From: Gekko japonicus
Lineage: Eukaryota
NCBI RefSeq assembly: GCF_001447785.1
Contig: NW_015168098.1
Location: 188,789-252,788, forward strand
Length of the DNA: 64,000 nt
Direction of reading: 5' to 3'
The position numbers and the translations under genes were made by a program. The first letter of the stretch is position 1. Each line of letters opens with the position of its first letter. The notes beneath the pieces were generated by a model. It was not told where the DNA came from. It saw only the letters and a program-made list of their open reading frames with translations, and made no database searches. Positions 61,548 to 64,000 of this stretch are shown here, one piece after another.

Positions 61548-62522
61548 TCACAAGCCCATGAAAGTCTTTTTTCGCTTGATTTCTTTGGTGCAAAACAGTC
61601 CTCTCTTCTGTGCAGCCTCTCTGAGGGCTTCCTTAACTTTCTCATTGCGTAAGGTGTAGATGAAGGGGTTGAGTGATGGGGCCACCACACTGGTCATGAG
61701 TGCCACCACTTTATCGACTCTCTCTGTGTAGGTGTGGGTGGTGCGGACATGCATGAAGATGTGGCTGCCATAGACTATCGTGACCACCATCATGTGGGAG
61801 GCGCAGGTGGAGAAGGCCTTGCTCCGGCCTTGAGCAGAAGGGATCCGGAGCACAGTCATGGTGATCAGACAATAGGAGATGACCGTCAGCACCAAGGACC
61901 CCAGGATCAGCACCCCAGCCAGAACCAAGTTGATGTTCTCTACCCATTCCGTATCAGTGCAAGCCAAGTTGACCAATGGTGTGCGGTCACAGAAGAAATG
62001 GTTGATGACATTGGAGTTGCAATAGGGAAGGCCGGTGACCATGATGAGAGGACCAAGGATGGTGAAAAAAGCCGCCACCCATGAGCCACACACCAACTTT
62101 AGGCAGAACTTCCCAGTCATCAGCGCCGGGTAGCGCAAGGGGTTGCACACGGCTTGATAGCGGTCAAAGGACATGACGCCCAAGAGTAAAAACTCAGTGG
62201 CCCCAAGGAGAAAATAGAAGTAACACTGAGCCATGCATCCCACAAAGGTGATGGTGTGGCTGCCGACGAGGAACCCGGCCAGAAGTTTGGGCACTGTCAC
62301 TGTGGTGAACCAAATTTCCACAAAGGAGAAGTTCCGGAGGAAGAAATACATGGGGCTCTGCAGGCGGTGGTCTGACAGGGTGATAGAGATGATGACACCA
62401 TTCCCCGTGAGGGTAATGAGGTAATTGGCCAGCACCAGGAAGAAGAGGAGCAACTGGACAGAAGGGTCCATGGGAAAACCCACCAGGAAGAACTCTTGTA
62501 CTGAATAATTGCTGTGAGACAT
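61548..62522 (-). CDS. Olfactory receptor, family-6-like, intact (324 aa from ATG 62522)
   Basis: MSHSNYS; [55 protein letters not shown]. Confidence 0.96.
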   Translation of the reverse strand: MSHSNYSVQEFFLVGFPMDPSVQLLLFFLVLANYLITLTGNGVIISITLSDHRLQSPMYFFLRNFSFVEIWFTTVTVPKLLAGFLVGSHTITFVGCMAQCYFYFLLGATEFLLLGVMSFDRYQAVCNPLRYPALMTGKFCLKLVCGSWVAAFFTILGPLIMVTGLPYCNSNVINHFFCDRTPLVNLACTDTEWVENINLVLAGVLILGSLVLTVISYCLITMTVLRIPSAQGRSKAFSTCASHMMVVTIVYGSHIFMHVRTTHTYTERVDKVVALMTSVVAPSLNPFIYTLRNEKVKEALREAAQKRGLFCTKEIKRKKTFMGL

Positions 62523-62705
62523 GGGTGGCAGGAAGTGGTTGTTTCTGCAATGGCAAGATAATATTGACAAGAACAAGAGCGCAAAAGACTGCCCAGAACT
62601 AGTACGAACTTCAGGTGGAGTCAGGTTATCTGAAGTGGCTCACAATCCCATTCAAACCACCGGATTGTTAAGACCTCTCTGTGAGTTTTTTTTTTATTCT
62701 GCTTG

Positions 62706-63045
62706 TAAGTGGTTAAGACGCTGAACTGCAGGCTGTGGAAGGTCAGTAGTTCAGCGGTTCAAGACCCGAGTGTGCCGCAAGACAGGGTGAGCTCCCGTCT
62801 CTAGTTCCAGCTCCTGCCAACCTAGCAGTTCGAAAGCAAGAAATTGCAAGTAGATAAATAGGTACCACTTCGGTGGGAAGGTAACAGCGTTCCGGGCGCC
62901 TTGGTGTGTTTAGTTATGCCGGCCACATGACCATGGAAACGTCTTCGGACAGCGCTGGCTCTTCGGCTTTGAAACGGAGATGAGCACCGCAACCCTAGAG
63001 TCGGATTCGACTGGCTTTCGAGCAAGGGAACCTTTACCTTTACCT
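62706..63045 (+). mobile_element. Sauria SINE (slightly 5'-truncated)
   Basis: Highly similar to the reverse complement of 26443-26792; acctttacctttacct tail. Confidence 0.88.
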
Positions 63046-63194
63046 AATAATTTACATGACCCATCATTTTATCCTCACAACCAACCTGTGAGGTTGGCGG
63101 GGCTGAGAAAATGGATGGCTCAAAATCACCCTTCTAAGTAGGAGTTCAGGAGGGGGGGGGGATTCAGTCCCTTTAATAAAGAGAGCCTTACTGT

Positions 63195-63412
63195 GTGGCT
63201 CCCCACTCTGGATGGCCCAGACTAGCTCGATCTGGTCAGACTTTAGAAGTTAAGCAGGGTCAGTTCTGGTTAGGACTTGGATGGGAGACCACCAAAGAAG
63301 TCCTGGGTTGCTACGTAGAGGAAGGCAATGGCAAACCACCTCTGGATGTCTCTTGCTTTGAAACCCCACGGGGTCACCATAAATCCTCTACAACGTGATG
63401 GCACTTTCCACT
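63195..63412 (+). mobile_element. 5S rRNA-derived SINE with RTE-type tail (5S-Sauria-like)
   Basis: cgatctggtcagactttagaagttaagcagggtc...tggttaggacttggatgggagacc resembles the 5S A/C boxes; tail gaggaaggcaatggcaaaccacc. Confidence 0.8.
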
Positions 63413-63448
63413 TTCTGATGCATAGAAATTGTATGGAGGCAAGTAATA

Positions 63449-63932
63449 TCATAGAATCATAGAGTTGTAAGGGGCCATACTGACCATCTAGTCCAACCCC
63501 CTGCCCAATGCAGGACCAGCCTAAAGCATCCCTGATTCATCCAACCTCTTCTTGAAAGAAGCTGTCAGTGAAGGGGAGCTCACTACAACCCCTGGAAGCT
63601 GATTCCGCCTTTGAACCACTCTGACCGTGAAAAAGGTTTTCCTAATATCCAGCCAATACCTTTCTGCATGTAACTTAAACCTGTTGCTTCGGGTCCGACC
63701 CTCTGCTACCGACTGGAACAGCTCCTTGCCCTCCTCCAAATGACAGCCTTTCAAATATTTAAAGAGAGCAATCATGTCCCCCCCCAATCTTCTCTTCTCC
63801 AAACTAAACATTCCCAAGGCCCTTAGCCTTTCCTCGTAGGGCTCAGTCTCCAGACCCCTGATCATCCTCGTCACTCTCTTCTGCACCCTCTCGATTTTGT
63901 CCACATCCTTTTTGAAGTGAGGCCTCCAGAAT
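63449..63932 (-). mobile_element. CR1 LINE 3' end
   Basis: FWRPHFKKDVDKIERVQKR...YEERLRALGMFSLEKRRLGGDMIALFKYLKG; (attctatg)2 tail. Confidence 0.9.
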
Positions 63933-64000
63933 ATCACCTAGTAAAGAATGTTCTGTTAAGCCTATATTCAAGGGGCAGGACATTTTGTCTCCAGGTTTTT

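Noticed and set aside
63195-63412. 5S rRNA genes (also the other 5S-like copies)
   Set aside because: Diverged, lacking proper 5S ends, and fused to an RTE-like tail; these are SINE heads.

Overview
Eukaryotic genomic DNA from a squamate reptile, most likely a gecko judging by the SINE/MITE repertoire. The window is a class II (family-6-like) olfactory receptor (OR) cluster: six apparently intact single-coding-exon ORs, one OR cut by an assembly gap, one disrupted OR pseudogene, and one 5' OR fragment fused in frame to an L1 ORF2 fragment. It also holds a SUMO2 processed pseudogene and a dense TE landscape: L1-clade, CR1, L2 and RTE/BovB LINE fragments; Sauria, 5S-derived and tRNA-derived SINEs; hAT MITEs with 8-bp TSDs; tandem non-autonomous Helitrons; solo LTRs and an ERV 5' end with a tRNA-Thr PBS; and Penelope-like remnants with hammerhead ribozyme motifs and long inverted repeats. 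The most unusual pattern is that retroelements repeatedly sit exactly at the junction of host-DNA direct duplications. These are ~119 bp around one L1 (checked against an empty paralogous site in this window), ~570 bp around another L1 (creating the OR-L1 chimeric ORF), and ~7 kb around an ERV 5' end (duplicating an OR). A twin-primed, 5'-inverted L1 is also present. No prokaryotic-type system such as CRISPR is supported. TE family names come from recognition by eye, not database searches, and most TE boundaries without a stated TSD are approximate.
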